A stretch of 64,000 nt of DNA from Verrucomicrobiota bacterium (GTDB taxonomy: Bacteria > Verrucomicrobiota > Verrucomicrobiia > Limisphaerales > JANNEF01). Shown piece by piece: positions 46,575-56,077 of the stretch. Each line of letters begins with the position of its first letter. Positions within the stretch are counted from its first letter, which is position 1. Where the stretch lies: contig JANNEF010000342.1 of NCBI GenBank assembly GCA_031378375.1, forward strand, positions 4,156 through 68,155, read 5' to 3'. The notes under the pieces were generated by a model, which ran no database searches, had not been told where the DNA came from, and saw nothing but the letters and a program-made list of their open reading frames with translations. The position numbers and the translations under genes were made by a program.

Positions 46575-48353
46575 ATGACCGCTCCCGCACTGCGTGACGC
46601 GCGATTCAAACCGCGCAATCTGCTGGGGGTGCTCGCGTTTCTGCGGAAGTATCCGGGACAGGTCGCGCTCTCGCTGTCGCTGCTGCTGGTCAACATCAGC
46701 ATCGAGATGACGCTGCCGCAGATCCTCGGCAACGCCATCAACGGCCTGCGCCAGCACGCCGCCACGGGCGCGGCGTTTTCGCCATGGCCGTTGGTCGGTC
46801 TGTTCCTGGCGCTCGCGCTCGTGCGCGCCGGCGTGGGCCTGGTGCTCGGTCCCATCCGCAACCGCGCCATCCAATCCACGCTCGGTGATCTCCGCGCCGC
46901 CGTCTATAATGCGCTGCAACGCCTCGCCTTCACCTACCATGACCGCACGAACACCGGCGAACTCATCTCGCGCGCCACGACCGACATCTGGCGGCTCCAG
47001 GATTTCCTCTTTGCCTGCCTGCTCCTGAGCGCCGACATCGTCGTGTCCTTGGCGGCCACGACGTTTTTGATCTTCACCATTAACGCGACCCTCGGCGGAC
47101 TGGCGCTGGCAACGATGCTCCCCACCATCGCGCTCATCGCTTTCTACGCGCGCAAGCTCCAGCCCCAATGGCGCAATGTCCACGACCTGCATGGCGCGAT
47201 GACAACCGTGATCCAGGAAAACATCGCCGGGGTGCGCGTGGTGAAGGCGTTCGCACGCGAAACCGGCGAGGTGAAAAAATTCCGCGACCGGAAGGAAACC
47301 TATCTCGGCACGCTGCTCGCCACCGTGAACTACTGGGCCGCGCGCGTACCGCTGGCGCAGTTCATTTACGGCCTCAGCACGCCGCTGGTGTTGTGGATCG
47401 GCGGGCGGCAGGTCATCCACGGCGAACTGCTCATCGGCGATCTGGCGAAGGTGGTCTTCTACCTCATGGCCATCGGCCACCGCATCGGCCTAGTCGGGCA
47501 GTTCACCAACATTGTGCAAAACGCCAGCGCCAGCGCCGAGCGCATCCTCGAAATCATCCACGAGCCGCAAATCATCAAGAGCGGACGGCGGGCGTTGCCG
47601 GCGGGTCGCGGCGAAGTTGTCTTCGAGAACGTCAGTTTTCATTACGGTGGTGACCCGGCGGGGGCGCCCAAGCGCGCCACCCTGCATGAAGTCAGTTTCA
47701 CCGTCCCGTCCGGTCACACCGTCGCCATCGTCGGCCCCACCGGCTCCGGGAAAACGTCGCTGGTGAATTTGATCCCGCGCTTCTACGAACCGACGGGCGG
47801 GCGCGTGCTCGTGGACGGCGCGGACGTGCGCGAGCTGGACCTCAACCAACTGCGTCGCAATGTGAGCGTGATCTTCCAGGAAACGTTTCTCTTCAGCGCC
47901 AGCGTCGCCGAGAACATCGCCTATGGCAAACCCCAGGCGACCCGCGCGGAGATCGAGCAATGCGCCCGCGCCGCGCAGGCGGACGAGTTCATCACCCGGC
48001 TGGCCGACGGCTACGACACCGTCATCGGCGAGCGGGGCGTGTCGCTGAGCGGTGGCCAGCGGCAGCGTATCGCTATCGCGCGCGCGTTTCTGATGAACCC
48101 ACGCATCCTGATTCTCGACGACGCGACCGCGAGTGTGGATTCCCAGACGGAGCGGTTGATTGAGGAAGCCATGCGCCGCTTGTGCGCCGGCCGCACCACG
48201 TTCGTCATCGCGCAGCGGTTCTCGACCGTGCAGCATGCGGACTGGATTCTGGTGTTGAAGGACGGCCGCGTCGTCGAGCAGGGGCGGCATGACGAACTGG
48301 TGAAGCGCAGCGGATTTTACCGCGAAATCCACGAACAACAGATGAAGCGATGA
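46575..48353 (+). CDS. ABC exporter, fused permease/ATPase (MsbA-like)
   Basis: Six-TM N-terminal half. Walker A 'GPTGSGKTS', signature 'LSGGQRQRIAIAR', Walker B 'ILILDDATS'. Confidence 0.9.
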   Translation: MTAPALRDARFKPRNLLGVLAFLRKYPGQVALSLSLLLVNISIEMTLPQILGNAINGLRQHAATGAAFSPWPLVGLFLALALVRAGVGLVLGPIRNRAIQSTLGDLRAAVYNALQRLAFTYHDRTNTGELISRATTDIWRLQDFLFACLLLSADIVVSLAATTFLIFTINATLGGLALATMLPTIALIAFYARKLQPQWRNVHDLHGAMTTVIQENIAGVRVVKAFARETGEVKKFRDRKETYLGTLLATVNYWAARVPLAQFIYGLSTPLVLWIGGRQVIHGELLIGDLAKVVFYLMAIGHRIGLVGQFTNIVQNASASAERILEIIHEPQIIKSGRRALPAGRGEVVFENVSFHYGGDPAGAPKRATLHEVSFTVPSGHTVAIVGPTGSGKTSLVNLIPRFYEPTGGRVLVDGADVRELDLNQLRRNVSVIFQETFLFSASVAENIAYGKPQATRAEIEQCARAAQADEFITRLADGYDTVIGERGVSLSGGQRQRIAIARAFLMNPRILILDDATASVDSQTERLIEEAMRRLCAGRTTFVIAQRFSTVQHADWILVLKDGRVVEQGRHDELVKRSGFYREIHEQQMKR

Positions 48354-48393
48354 GACGAAGTCAAGCGAAGGTTCACCACCTTGAGTTTCGCGG

Positions 48394-51171
48394 TCAGGCC
48401 ACAAGCGACGCGATAGCCAGGCGGAGTTTTTGTTCAATGAACTGCTGACGCTCCGGCGCGATGATTTTCTGGCCGTCGAGTTCGCTCACGTAGAAGCTGT
48501 CAATCGCCGCGCCCTTCTCGGTGGAGATTTTCGCCAGGGCAATGTCCAGCCGCAGTTCGGTGAAAGCCTGCGAGACGACGTGCAGCAGGCCGAGGCGGTC
48601 CTCGGTTTCGATTTCGATCACCGTCCGGTCGGCGGAGGTCTGGTTGTCGAAATAGATCCGGGTCGCCATCTGCTCGCCATCCAGCCCTTGATAAAGCGGA
48701 CGGGCGACTTTTTGCCTGGCGATGAGTTTGTGCAGATCCACTTCCCCACCCGCCAGCACCTGCACGAGAATGGCCTCCAACCGTTCGCGCTCCTCGCGGT
48801 TGACCATGCCGCCGGTCGCGGCATCGGTCACAAAGAAGGTGTCGAGCGCGATGCCGTCGGCCCGGGTGAAGACTTGCGCGCTGAGGATGTTGATGCCCGC
48901 CGCGCTGAAGGAGCCGGCGATTTTGGTGAACAGCCCGGCGCGGTCCCAAGTGCAAATCTTCACGCTGGTGTAACCGCGATCGGGTTCGTTGTGCCAGGTC
49001 AGCACCGGCTCCAGCGCCTTGTCCTCCTCGGCGATCTGGTGGTGCATGAAGCGGTGCGTGAGCGAGAGGTCGGCGACGATTTCCTTGACCGGATGGATTT
49101 GAAAGTAGCGCGGCGGCAGCGCGCCAAAGTGCGCCTCCAGTTCGTCCTGGCCGAAGCTGCGGGGCATCAGAGTTTCCACCTCGCCGGCGAGCAGTTCGCG
49201 CTGGGTTCGTTCGGCGCGGATGAACTCGGTGCCACCGCGCAACACCTCGGCCGCCTTGCGGTAAAGATCCCGGAGCAGCGAATCCTTGAAGCCGTTCCAC
49301 AACTTGTCGCTGGTGGCCTGGGCGTCGGCGAACGAGTGCAACGTGAGCATCCGCAGGTTGTCCTCCGATTGAATCTGGCCGGCGAAACTCCTGATGACCG
49401 CCTCGTCCTCCAGATCACGGCGCTGGGAGACTTGCGCCATCGTCAGGTGGTTTTCGATCAACAGCCGCAGCGAGTGGCTGGTGGCACCGTCGAGTTCGAG
49501 GCGGCGCGCGACGCGCAGCGCAAGCTGGCCGCCGGTGTCGGCGTGGTTGTCGGTGGGCAGCGCCTTGCCCGCGTCATGCAGCAACAGCGCGAGATAAACG
49601 ACGAAGGGGCGCTCGACGTTTTGAAAAATCTCCGTGTAGTGCGAGTGCGGCGGTTCCGGCGCCTCCCAGACACGGTCGAGCTGTTCGAGACACAGCAGCG
49701 TGTGCTCATCGGCAGTGTATTGATGATAGAACTCATGTTGTACCAGACAGGTGAGCTTGCCGAACTCGGGCAGATACTTGCCCAGAAAGCCAACCTCGTG
49801 CATGGCCCGCAGGACGCGGGCAACGTTGCCGCGCTGGTTGAGAATTTCCAGGAACGACTCGCGCACATGTTCGTCACAGAGAAACCCGCGATTTACCAAC
49901 GGCAACTCGCGGCGGATAAGTTGCGCGAGATCGGGGTGCAGCTTCAACCCGCGCTGCTGGGCGTGCAGAAACACGCGCATCAGGCGGCGTGGCTGGGTGC
50001 GAAAAACGGTGCTGGCCGCGCCGTGAATCTGGCCGCGGCTGAACTTGAAACCGTCCACCAACTGCTCGGGCGGAGGCGTAAACGGTCCACTGATGAGCTT
50101 GCGGATGGAAGCGATGCGGCCGGTCTGCGGCAGCAACGCCAGACGCTCCTCAAGCGTGCGGGTGATCAGATAGATGTTGCGCGAGTGATTGTAGAAATCG
50201 CGCATGAACTTCTCCAGTCGCCGGCTCGGCGAGCGGTCGCCATAACCCAGGTGCGTGGCCACGGTGGGTTGCAGACTCTTGGACAGCACGTCCACGGGGC
50301 GATTAGTCTGGTAGTGTAATTCGTTGCGGGCGCGCAAAAGAAACTCGTAGGCGGCTTCGAGGTGCTTGCGCTCCGCAGCCCCGATGAGGTCGCGCGCCTG
50401 CATGTCGGCCAGCGTGCGAGTGCGATACTTGAAGAAGGCCATCCAGTGCAGATTCTGGAAATCGCGCAAGCCGCCGCACCCGTTCTTTATGTTCGGCTCC
50501 TGCATGGTGGCGGAATTGCCGTATTTCTCCCGCCGGGTGGACTGGTCCTGGACCCGCGCCGCGATGTACTCGTCCTCATGACCCTCGACGCATTTGGCGA
50601 GCACGGCTTTCTCGAATTTCTCGAACAACTTCGGATCACCCTCGACCAGTCGCGCCTCGATGAGGGCGGTCTTGGATTGCATGTCCGTGTTGGCCACCTG
50701 CACGCAATCGGCGACCGTGCGGACGGACTGGCCCACCTTGAAGCCCAGATCCCAGAGCGGCAAAACGATCCCGTCCATGAGTTTTGCCAGCCAGGGCAGC
50801 GGTTTGCCGCCGGCGGAAACCTGATCGTGATGCAGGAACATGATGTCAATGTCACTGTGCGGATTGAGTTCCGCACGGCCAAAGCCGCCGATGGCCACGA
50901 GCGCGAGCGGCGGAAAATCCTTTTGCGCCTGCGCCGAGAGCGTGGCTTTGGCCGCCGCCCAAAGCCGGCGCAAGAGAATATCGATCAACGCGGCCCGCGC
51001 CTGGCACACCTGACGTCCGTCGGTGCCAGCGCGATGCAGCAACTTGAGGCGGTGTGATTCGACCTTGAGGAATTTCCGGTAGCGAGACAGCTCCTCAGCC
51101 GGGTCCGTCCCAGCCGGAAGGGCCAGGCGCGCGGCGGCATTGGCTTCGATCTTTTCGATTAACGACAGCAT
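48394..51171 (-). CDS. glnD: [Protein-PII] uridylyltransferase/uridylyl-removing enzyme
   Basis: Nucleotidyltransferase 'GGFGRAELNPHSDIDIMFL', HD domain 'LALLLHDAGK', two C-terminal ACT-like modules. ATG at 51171 (GTG 51219 in track). Confidence 0.85.
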   Translation of the reverse strand: MLSLIEKIEANAAARLALPAGTDPAEELSRYRKFLKVESHRLKLLHRAGTDGRQVCQARAALIDILLRRLWAAAKATLSAQAQKDFPPLALVAIGGFGRAELNPHSDIDIMFLHHDQVSAGGKPLPWLAKLMDGIVLPLWDLGFKVGQSVRTVADCVQVANTDMQSKTALIEARLVEGDPKLFEKFEKAVLAKCVEGHEDEYIAARVQDQSTRREKYGNSATMQEPNIKNGCGGLRDFQNLHWMAFFKYRTRTLADMQARDLIGAAERKHLEAAYEFLLRARNELHYQTNRPVDVLSKSLQPTVATHLGYGDRSPSRRLEKFMRDFYNHSRNIYLITRTLEERLALLPQTGRIASIRKLISGPFTPPPEQLVDGFKFSRGQIHGAASTVFRTQPRRLMRVFLHAQQRGLKLHPDLAQLIRRELPLVNRGFLCDEHVRESFLEILNQRGNVARVLRAMHEVGFLGKYLPEFGKLTCLVQHEFYHQYTADEHTLLCLEQLDRVWEAPEPPHSHYTEIFQNVERPFVVYLALLLHDAGKALPTDNHADTGGQLALRVARRLELDGATSHSLRLLIENHLTMAQVSQRRDLEDEAVIRSFAGQIQSEDNLRMLTLHSFADAQATSDKLWNGFKDSLLRDLYRKAAEVLRGGTEFIRAERTQRELLAGEVETLMPRSFGQDELEAHFGALPPRYFQIHPVKEIVADLSLTHRFMHHQIAEEDKALEPVLTWHNEPDRGYTSVKICTWDRAGLFTKIAGSFSAAGINILSAQVFTRADGIALDTFFVTDAATGGMVNREERERLEAILVQVLAGGEVDLHKLIARQKVARPLYQGLDGEQMATRIYFDNQTSADRTVIEIETEDRLGLLHVVSQAFTELRLDIALAKISTEKGAAIDSFYVSELDGQKIIAPERQQFIEQKLRLAIASLVA

Positions 51172-51223
51172 GTGACCCGGCAAAGTTAGGGCACCACCGG
51201 CAACGAACGCAAGTTTCACTGCC

Positions 51224-51258
51224 GAAGAGGCGCGCTGGCGAAGAGGCGCGCTGGCGAA
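51224..51258. repeat. Perfect 16-bp tandem duplication in the glnD / zinc-ribbon divergent region
   Basis: GAAGAGGCGCGCTGGC GAAGAGGCGCGCTGGC GAA. Confidence 0.8.
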
Positions 51259-51375
51259 CCGCCGAACCCCGATCGGTTGCTGGATTGCTGTGAGGCGAAG
51301 GCGTGCTCATCCTGCGGATTGACTTGCCCCCGGTCGCCCGATAGTTTGCAGTCAAGAAAACTAACGCAGCGCGCC

Positions 51376-52104
51376 ATGCACGAAGCCATTGAAAAATTGT
51401 TAATCCTCCAGGACCGCGACCGGAAAATTTCGCAAGTGCGCGATGAACTGACGCGTATCCCCGCCGAGCGACTCCAACTCCAGGCCAAAACCGCCTCCAC
51501 CCAAACGGCTCTCGACGCGGCCAAGCATCAGGTCAAGCACCTCGAATCCGAGCGCAAGAAACTCGAACTCGACGTGGAGGCCAAAAAACAACTGATCGAC
51601 AAGTATTCCATCCAGCAGTTCCAGACCAAGAAGAACGAAGAATACCGGGCGCTGGCCCATGAGATCGAGATGTGCAAGGAAGCGATCTCCGTGTTGGATG
51701 ACGGTCAAATCGAGTTCATGGAGCAGATTGAAGCGGCGCAAAAGGAAGTCGCCACCGCCGCCCAGGCGGCTGCTGAAGCCAAACGCAACGTGGATAGCCG
51801 CGTGGGCGATCTGGCCGCGCGCGAACTGAATTTGCAAAAAGACCTCGCCACCCTCGACGCGGATCGCGAGGCCCTCGCTGCCGCCGTGGAGGAATCCGTC
51901 CGCGAACGTTACGAACGCCTGCTCAAACACCGAGGCCAGAACATCGTCGTCGGCGTGCAGCACGCCGTCTGCGGTGGCTGCCACATGCAACTGAGCCGCC
52001 AGGTCATTGTCTCCTGCCAGGCCCGCCAGGAACTGGTCACCTGCCCCAATTGCGGTCGCATCCTTTTTTGCACGCCGGACATGGATCTGGCTGTGGCGGA
52101 TTAG
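51376..52104 (+). CDS. Coiled-coil protein with C4 zinc ribbon (COG1579-like)
   Basis: Long heptad-rich body, then 'CGGCHMQLS...CPNCGRILF'. ATG at 51376 preferred. Confidence 0.7.
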   Translation: MHEAIEKLLILQDRDRKISQVRDELTRIPAERLQLQAKTASTQTALDAAKHQVKHLESERKKLELDVEAKKQLIDKYSIQQFQTKKNEEYRALAHEIEMCKEAISVLDDGQIEFMEQIEAAQKEVATAAQAAAEAKRNVDSRVGDLAARELNLQKDLATLDADREALAAAVEESVRERYERLLKHRGQNIVVGVQHAVCGGCHMQLSRQVIVSCQARQELVTCPNCGRILFCTPDMDLAVAD

Positions 52105-52202
52105 GGAAATAGCACGGGCCGGACCGGCCAGTAGTCCAGCGAGATTAACATTGTGGGGAATTGCCGGGTTGGGCAAGGAAGTGGATCACCCTTGGAAAAA
52201 AT

Positions 52203-52279
52203 TGGAGCGAGCGAAGGGATTCGAACCCTCGACACTCACGTTGGCAACGTGATGCTCTACCAGGCTGAGCTACGCTCGC
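52203..52279 (-). tRNA. tRNA-Gly (anticodon GCC)
   Basis: The reverse complement folds as GCGAGCG/CGCTCGC acceptor stem, anticodon loop TTGCCAA, T-loop GGTTCGAATCC, encoded CCA. Confidence 0.9.
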
Positions 52280-52444
52280 GTCCGTATTGCGGTTGAGAAA
52301 CTACGGGAACGTCTGACGATTGCAAGCACTGTTTTTTTCTTTCTGATCCAAGGGCCAACCCGCCGGTTTTCCCAACACCAAGCGGAGAGCCAATCACCCG
52401 CAATCGCAAGAAAACCGGCGTCGGGTCTGGACCGAAGGCCCAAC

Positions 52445-54712
52445 TTAGAGTGAGCGGTGGAGTTCTTCAATCCGCTCCAAGTCCAGCCCCGGCGGCTGTC
52501 GGTCCAGCAGCCATTTGAAATCCGCCTTGGCACCGGCGGGGTCGCCGCTTTGGAGTCGGGCCCGGGCGCGGTTCAAGCGATCCATCGCCGAGTCCGGCTC
52601 CAGCGCCACGAGGAGGTCGAGGTAGCGGAGCGCGTCACCGGGCGACTCCCGGCGTTGGGCCGTGCCGAGCAGATTGCGCAACATGCGCGCAATGATGTCG
52701 CGCTTGGTGGCCGGCTGGAGATGCGCGTCGAGCAACGCGCCGCCGGTCATGGCGAGCACCATCTCGGCGGCTTCCGTGCGCGTGAGCCGCCGGCCGCCGT
52801 CGAAGGCGTCAATGAGCTGCTCCGCGCCGTCCTTCGCGGTGTGCTTCACCATGAAATGCGCGGGCACCGGCACGCCCACCACGTTCTCCAGTCCGATGCG
52901 ACGGGCGCATTCGACGAACAGAATGGAGAGCGTGATGGGCAGCCCTTCGCGGTCGTCGAGCACGTCGTTCAGATAACTGTTGGCGCGATTGTGATAATCC
53001 GTGCGGCTGCCGTGAAAGCCGTTCTCCACGAAAAGAAATTTCCTCAATGCCTCGATCCGCGTGGTCTCGTCCGCACCGGCGGGCAGGGTCGCGGCCAGCT
53101 CGCGGGCCAGGTCATCCAACTGGCGCCGGTAGGGTTCGAGGTCCAGTTCCGGGTTGTCAAACTTCGAGAGCAGCAACGCGGCGTGGACCAGATCAATCTT
53201 CGTCTCGGAGCCCCGCAACGCCTGGAGCAACTCCGCTTGCACCCTCTGGCGGTGAATCGCGGCGGCGAGCTGGCGAAGTTGCGCCGCGTCACGCTCAAGT
53301 TGACGCGCGCGCTCGGACAACAGCGCCTGACCAGCATCGGCCTGCTTCTGAAGTTCCGCGACCAGGCGGGTGTCCGGCAGACCGCTGACGGCGGCAAGTT
53401 GCCGGGCGAGCTCGGCGAGCGCGGGCGTGGGGGCCGCGTTTGGCACCGTCGCGGAGACACCGAGCTGGAAGTTTTTGAACTGCGCGCGCGTGTCGCGGAA
53501 CTTGGCGAGCCCAGCCTGGCCGTTGATCAGTTCGCGGTCGCCCGATTCGATCACTAGCTGGTCATTGACGTAGCAGCGGAGTTTGTCCGCTTCGACACGG
53601 ACCTTGATCGTGTTCCAGTCGCCTGTGCGGTAATGCGGGCTGGGAACTGTCTGGAGAATCGTCCACGAGAAAACACTCGGCCCATCGAAACGCGTCAGGC
53701 GCAACTGGCCGCCGGTCGGATAGAATCCGTAGTGCCGGTCAGCGCCGTCGGAGGCAAAGACCAGACCGGCGGCACCCGCTTCTTCGTCGAGTCGCACAGT
53801 CACGGCGACTTCATACGGTTGCGGCGGAACCGGCTTTTGCGACAGACACAGGGAACGCCCCCCGAAACCGCTGCCCAAGCCGTCCACCAGGATGCGTCCG
53901 GCTTTCTGCGTCCAACGGGCGCCGAGCAACGGCGTCCATTCCTTCGGACTCAGCGCGCCGATGGTGAGCCAGCGGTTCATGGGAACGGGGTTGGGGCGCT
54001 TGAGCAACGGCTTTAGCGCACTGACAGGCATGGCGAAACCGAGGTTGGCGCTCAACGCGGACTTGAGCGTGAGCAATCCGTGGACGCGCCCCTGCCGATC
54101 CAGCAGCGGTCCACCGCTGTTGCCAGGCTCAATGGGGATGGCCAGTTGAATCATGTCCTCGCCATCGAAGGGCCGCCGGCCGGAGACGATGCCTTGCACG
54201 ACGCTGCGTTCCAGGCCAAGCGGATTGCCGATGGCGACAACGGACGCGCCGGGCTTGAGCATGTCGGAATCGCCGAGCGGCAACGCGGGGAGGTCCCGCG
54301 CGTCAATGCGGATGACGGCGAGATCAAGCTGGCGATCCCACGCGTGAATCTCGGTGGCGTCGAACCGTCGGCCGTCGGCCAGTTGCACGGTCACGGGCCG
54401 TGCCTCGCCGATGACGTGCAGGCAGGTGGCGATCAGCCCGTTGGAAGCCACAATGAAGCCCGCGCCCACGCCATCCGGTTTGCCGTCGCGACCGAAGTGC
54501 GAAACCGTGACGACGGAGTGGCGGGCTAGTTCGGCGATGGCGGCGACGGATTTTTCGGGGACGGGAACTTCGGCGACGAGCTTGGCTCTCCCTTTCTTCG
54601 GCGTGGAGTTATTGTCAGCCGCGATGAGGGGGCCGGCGGCAAGCCAGCAATTGAAGGCAATCCCCAGCAGCGCAGTCCCGCAATGGCAGGCATCCATTTT
54701 CTTCGTGGTCAT
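52445..54712 (-). CDS. Tripartite fusion: trypsin-like (S1C) serine protease + DUF1080/LamG-like jelly-roll + coiled coil + SirB1-type transglutaminase-like/TPR module
   Basis: Protease 'ATCLHVI', 'DLAVIRI', 'GNSGGPLL'. Jelly-roll 'GDWNTIKVRV..LRCYVNDQLV..FKNFQL'. C-terminus 'FVENGFHGSRTDYHNRANSYLNDVLDDREGLPITLSILFVECARRIGL' plus TPR-like tail. Confidence 0.7.
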   Translation of the reverse strand: MTTKKMDACHCGTALLGIAFNCWLAAGPLIAADNNSTPKKGRAKLVAEVPVPEKSVAAIAELARHSVVTVSHFGRDGKPDGVGAGFIVASNGLIATCLHVIGEARPVTVQLADGRRFDATEIHAWDRQLDLAVIRIDARDLPALPLGDSDMLKPGASVVAIGNPLGLERSVVQGIVSGRRPFDGEDMIQLAIPIEPGNSGGPLLDRQGRVHGLLTLKSALSANLGFAMPVSALKPLLKRPNPVPMNRWLTIGALSPKEWTPLLGARWTQKAGRILVDGLGSGFGGRSLCLSQKPVPPQPYEVAVTVRLDEEAGAAGLVFASDGADRHYGFYPTGGQLRLTRFDGPSVFSWTILQTVPSPHYRTGDWNTIKVRVEADKLRCYVNDQLVIESGDRELINGQAGLAKFRDTRAQFKNFQLGVSATVPNAAPTPALAELARQLAAVSGLPDTRLVAELQKQADAGQALLSERARQLERDAAQLRQLAAAIHRQRVQAELLQALRGSETKIDLVHAALLLSKFDNPELDLEPYRRQLDDLARELAATLPAGADETTRIEALRKFLFVENGFHGSRTDYHNRANSYLNDVLDDREGLPITLSILFVECARRIGLENVVGVPVPAHFMVKHTAKDGAEQLIDAFDGGRRLTRTEAAEMVLAMTGGALLDAHLQPATKRDIIARMLRNLLGTAQRRESPGDALRYLDLLVALEPDSAMDRLNRARARLQSGDPAGAKADFKWLLDRQPPGLDLERIEELHRSL

Positions 54713-54824
54713 GCGGGAGGAGTTTCCCAGCAAAGGAATTTCTGTCAGCAACGCATTTTACTATTTCTTCCGGTTGGCCCAAATGGCGGGCAACAAAACC
54801 GGCCAACTTCAGAAACCGCGCGGG

Positions 54825-54852
54825 GTGCATTTGTTCTGGTGCATTTGTTCTG
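54825..54852 (+). repeat. Perfect 14-bp tandem duplication abutting the bactofilin promoter -35
   Basis: GTGCATTTGTTCTG GTGCATTTGTTCTG, immediately followed by G-TTGACA. Confidence 0.8.
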
Positions 54853-54853
54853 G

Positions 54854-54882
54854 TTGACAGTTTCACCGCCGTTGGGATAACT
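54854..54882 (+). promoter_or_regulatory. Sigma70-like promoter upstream of the bactofilin gene
   Basis: TTGACA (54854-54859), 17-nt spacer, ATAACT (54877-54882). It lies 25 nt before ATG 54907. Confidence 0.5.
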
Positions 54883-54906
54883 ACCACCAACGCGCCTAAA
54901 AACATT

Positions 54907-55344
54907 ATGGACCAATCTATGACAACTGCGGCTACCAACTCGAAAAACGTGCTCAACTCCGACGTGGAGATCAAAGGCAACCTCAAATTCAACGGCGAAC
55001 TCACGTTCGAAGGCAAGCTGGAGGGGGAAATTCAATCCGACGGCACCCTTCAACTCGGCGAGACGGCCACCATCAACGGCAACATCAACGTCAACACCGT
55101 GATCGTCCGCGGCAAGGTCAATGGCAACATCACCGCCAAGGACAAGGTGGAGATCAAATCCAAGGCGGAGCTGTTCGGCGACATCCGCGCCGCCAAGCTG
55201 GTCATAGAGGAAGGCATCACTTTCGTCGGCAAGACCGAGGTCAACCCGAACAAGGTCGCCCCCTCGGTGCAGCCGGTGCCGCGTTCCTTCGAGCCCAAGG
55301 TCGAACCGAAGATCCTGGAGCCGGCGAAATTGGGCGGGCGCTAA
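54907..55344 (+). CDS. Bactofilin (polymer-forming cytoskeletal protein)
   Basis: Beta-helical repeat 'SDVEIKGNLKFNGELTFEGKLEGEIQSDGTLQLGETATINGNINVNTVIVRGKVNGNITAKDKVEI' with a Pro-rich tail. Confidence 0.85.
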   Translation: MDQSMTTAATNSKNVLNSDVEIKGNLKFNGELTFEGKLEGEIQSDGTLQLGETATINGNINVNTVIVRGKVNGNITAKDKVEIKSKAELFGDIRAAKLVIEEGITFVGKTEVNPNKVAPSVQPVPRSFEPKVEPKILEPAKLGGR

Positions 55345-55386
55345 TCCACCCCGGCCTTCCGCCGGAGGCGAGCGCAAAGGCCCGCG

Positions 55387-56061
55387 ATGAAACCGGACAA
55401 GGTGCTTGTGGCCTGCCCGAAGTGCGGGCATACCCAACTGGAGCCGCGTGCCGCCTATTCCACCAACTGCAAGCAGTGCCGGGAATACTTCCGCGTTCAG
55501 GATGTTCTCCGCCCCGCCGCCCCGCCGCCGGAGCCGCCGCGTGAAGGCCGGCACATTCTCTGTTTCAAGTGCAGCAAGGAGTTGATTGTCCCGCTGACCG
55601 CGCAGTCCGCCATGTGCAAACATTGCGGGAGTCACGTTGATCTCCACGATTACATCATCCACCAGGCCATCGCGAAGAACTTCAAGACCAAGGGCCGCCT
55701 GGTCGTCGAGGATGACGGTTACCTGTTCAACACCGACACCATCGCCGGTGAAGTCATCATCAAGGGCAAGTTTCTTGGCAAGCTCACCGCGGAAACATCG
55801 CTGGAAATCCGGCCCGCCGCCGAGTTCAAAGGCACCTTCCAGGCGGCGCGGCTGATCCTGCCGGCCGGCACCTGTCATCGCTGGCCGGACACGCTGAACG
55901 TGGTGTCCGCCGAAATCGGCGGCGAACTCATCGCCAACATCCGCGCGGACAAGACCGTGGTGCTCAAGTCCACCGCGCGTTACTTCGGTCAACTGCGCGC
56001 CGGCGGGCTTGTGGTCGAGAGCGGCGCGGTCTTTGTGGGCACGGCGACCATCGGGGTATGA
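55387..56061 (+). CDS. Double zinc-ribbon N-terminus fused to a bactofilin-like beta-helical domain
   Basis: 'CPKCGH..CKQC' and 'CFKCSK..CKHCG', followed by 'AGEVIIKGKFLGKLTAETSLEIRPAAEFKGTFQAARLIL..GGELIANIRADKTVVLKSTARYFGQLRAGGLVVESGAVFVG'. Confidence 0.65.
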   Translation: MKPDKVLVACPKCGHTQLEPRAAYSTNCKQCREYFRVQDVLRPAAPPPEPPREGRHILCFKCSKELIVPLTAQSAMCKHCGSHVDLHDYIIHQAIAKNFKTKGRLVVEDDGYLFNTDTIAGEVIIKGKFLGKLTAETSLEIRPAAEFKGTFQAARLILPAGTCHRWPDTLNVVSAEIGGELIANIRADKTVVLKSTARYFGQLRAGGLVVESGAVFVGTATIGV

Positions 56062-56077
56062 CGCGACTACCAGCCCT

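Noticed and set aside
52203-52279. tRNA-Gly (and tRNA-Ala at 33947) as integration sites of mobile islands
   Set aside because: There is no adjacent integrase, and I noticed no duplicated tRNA 3' segment. The neighbouring genes have core-like composition. The low-GC region starts 7 kb away.
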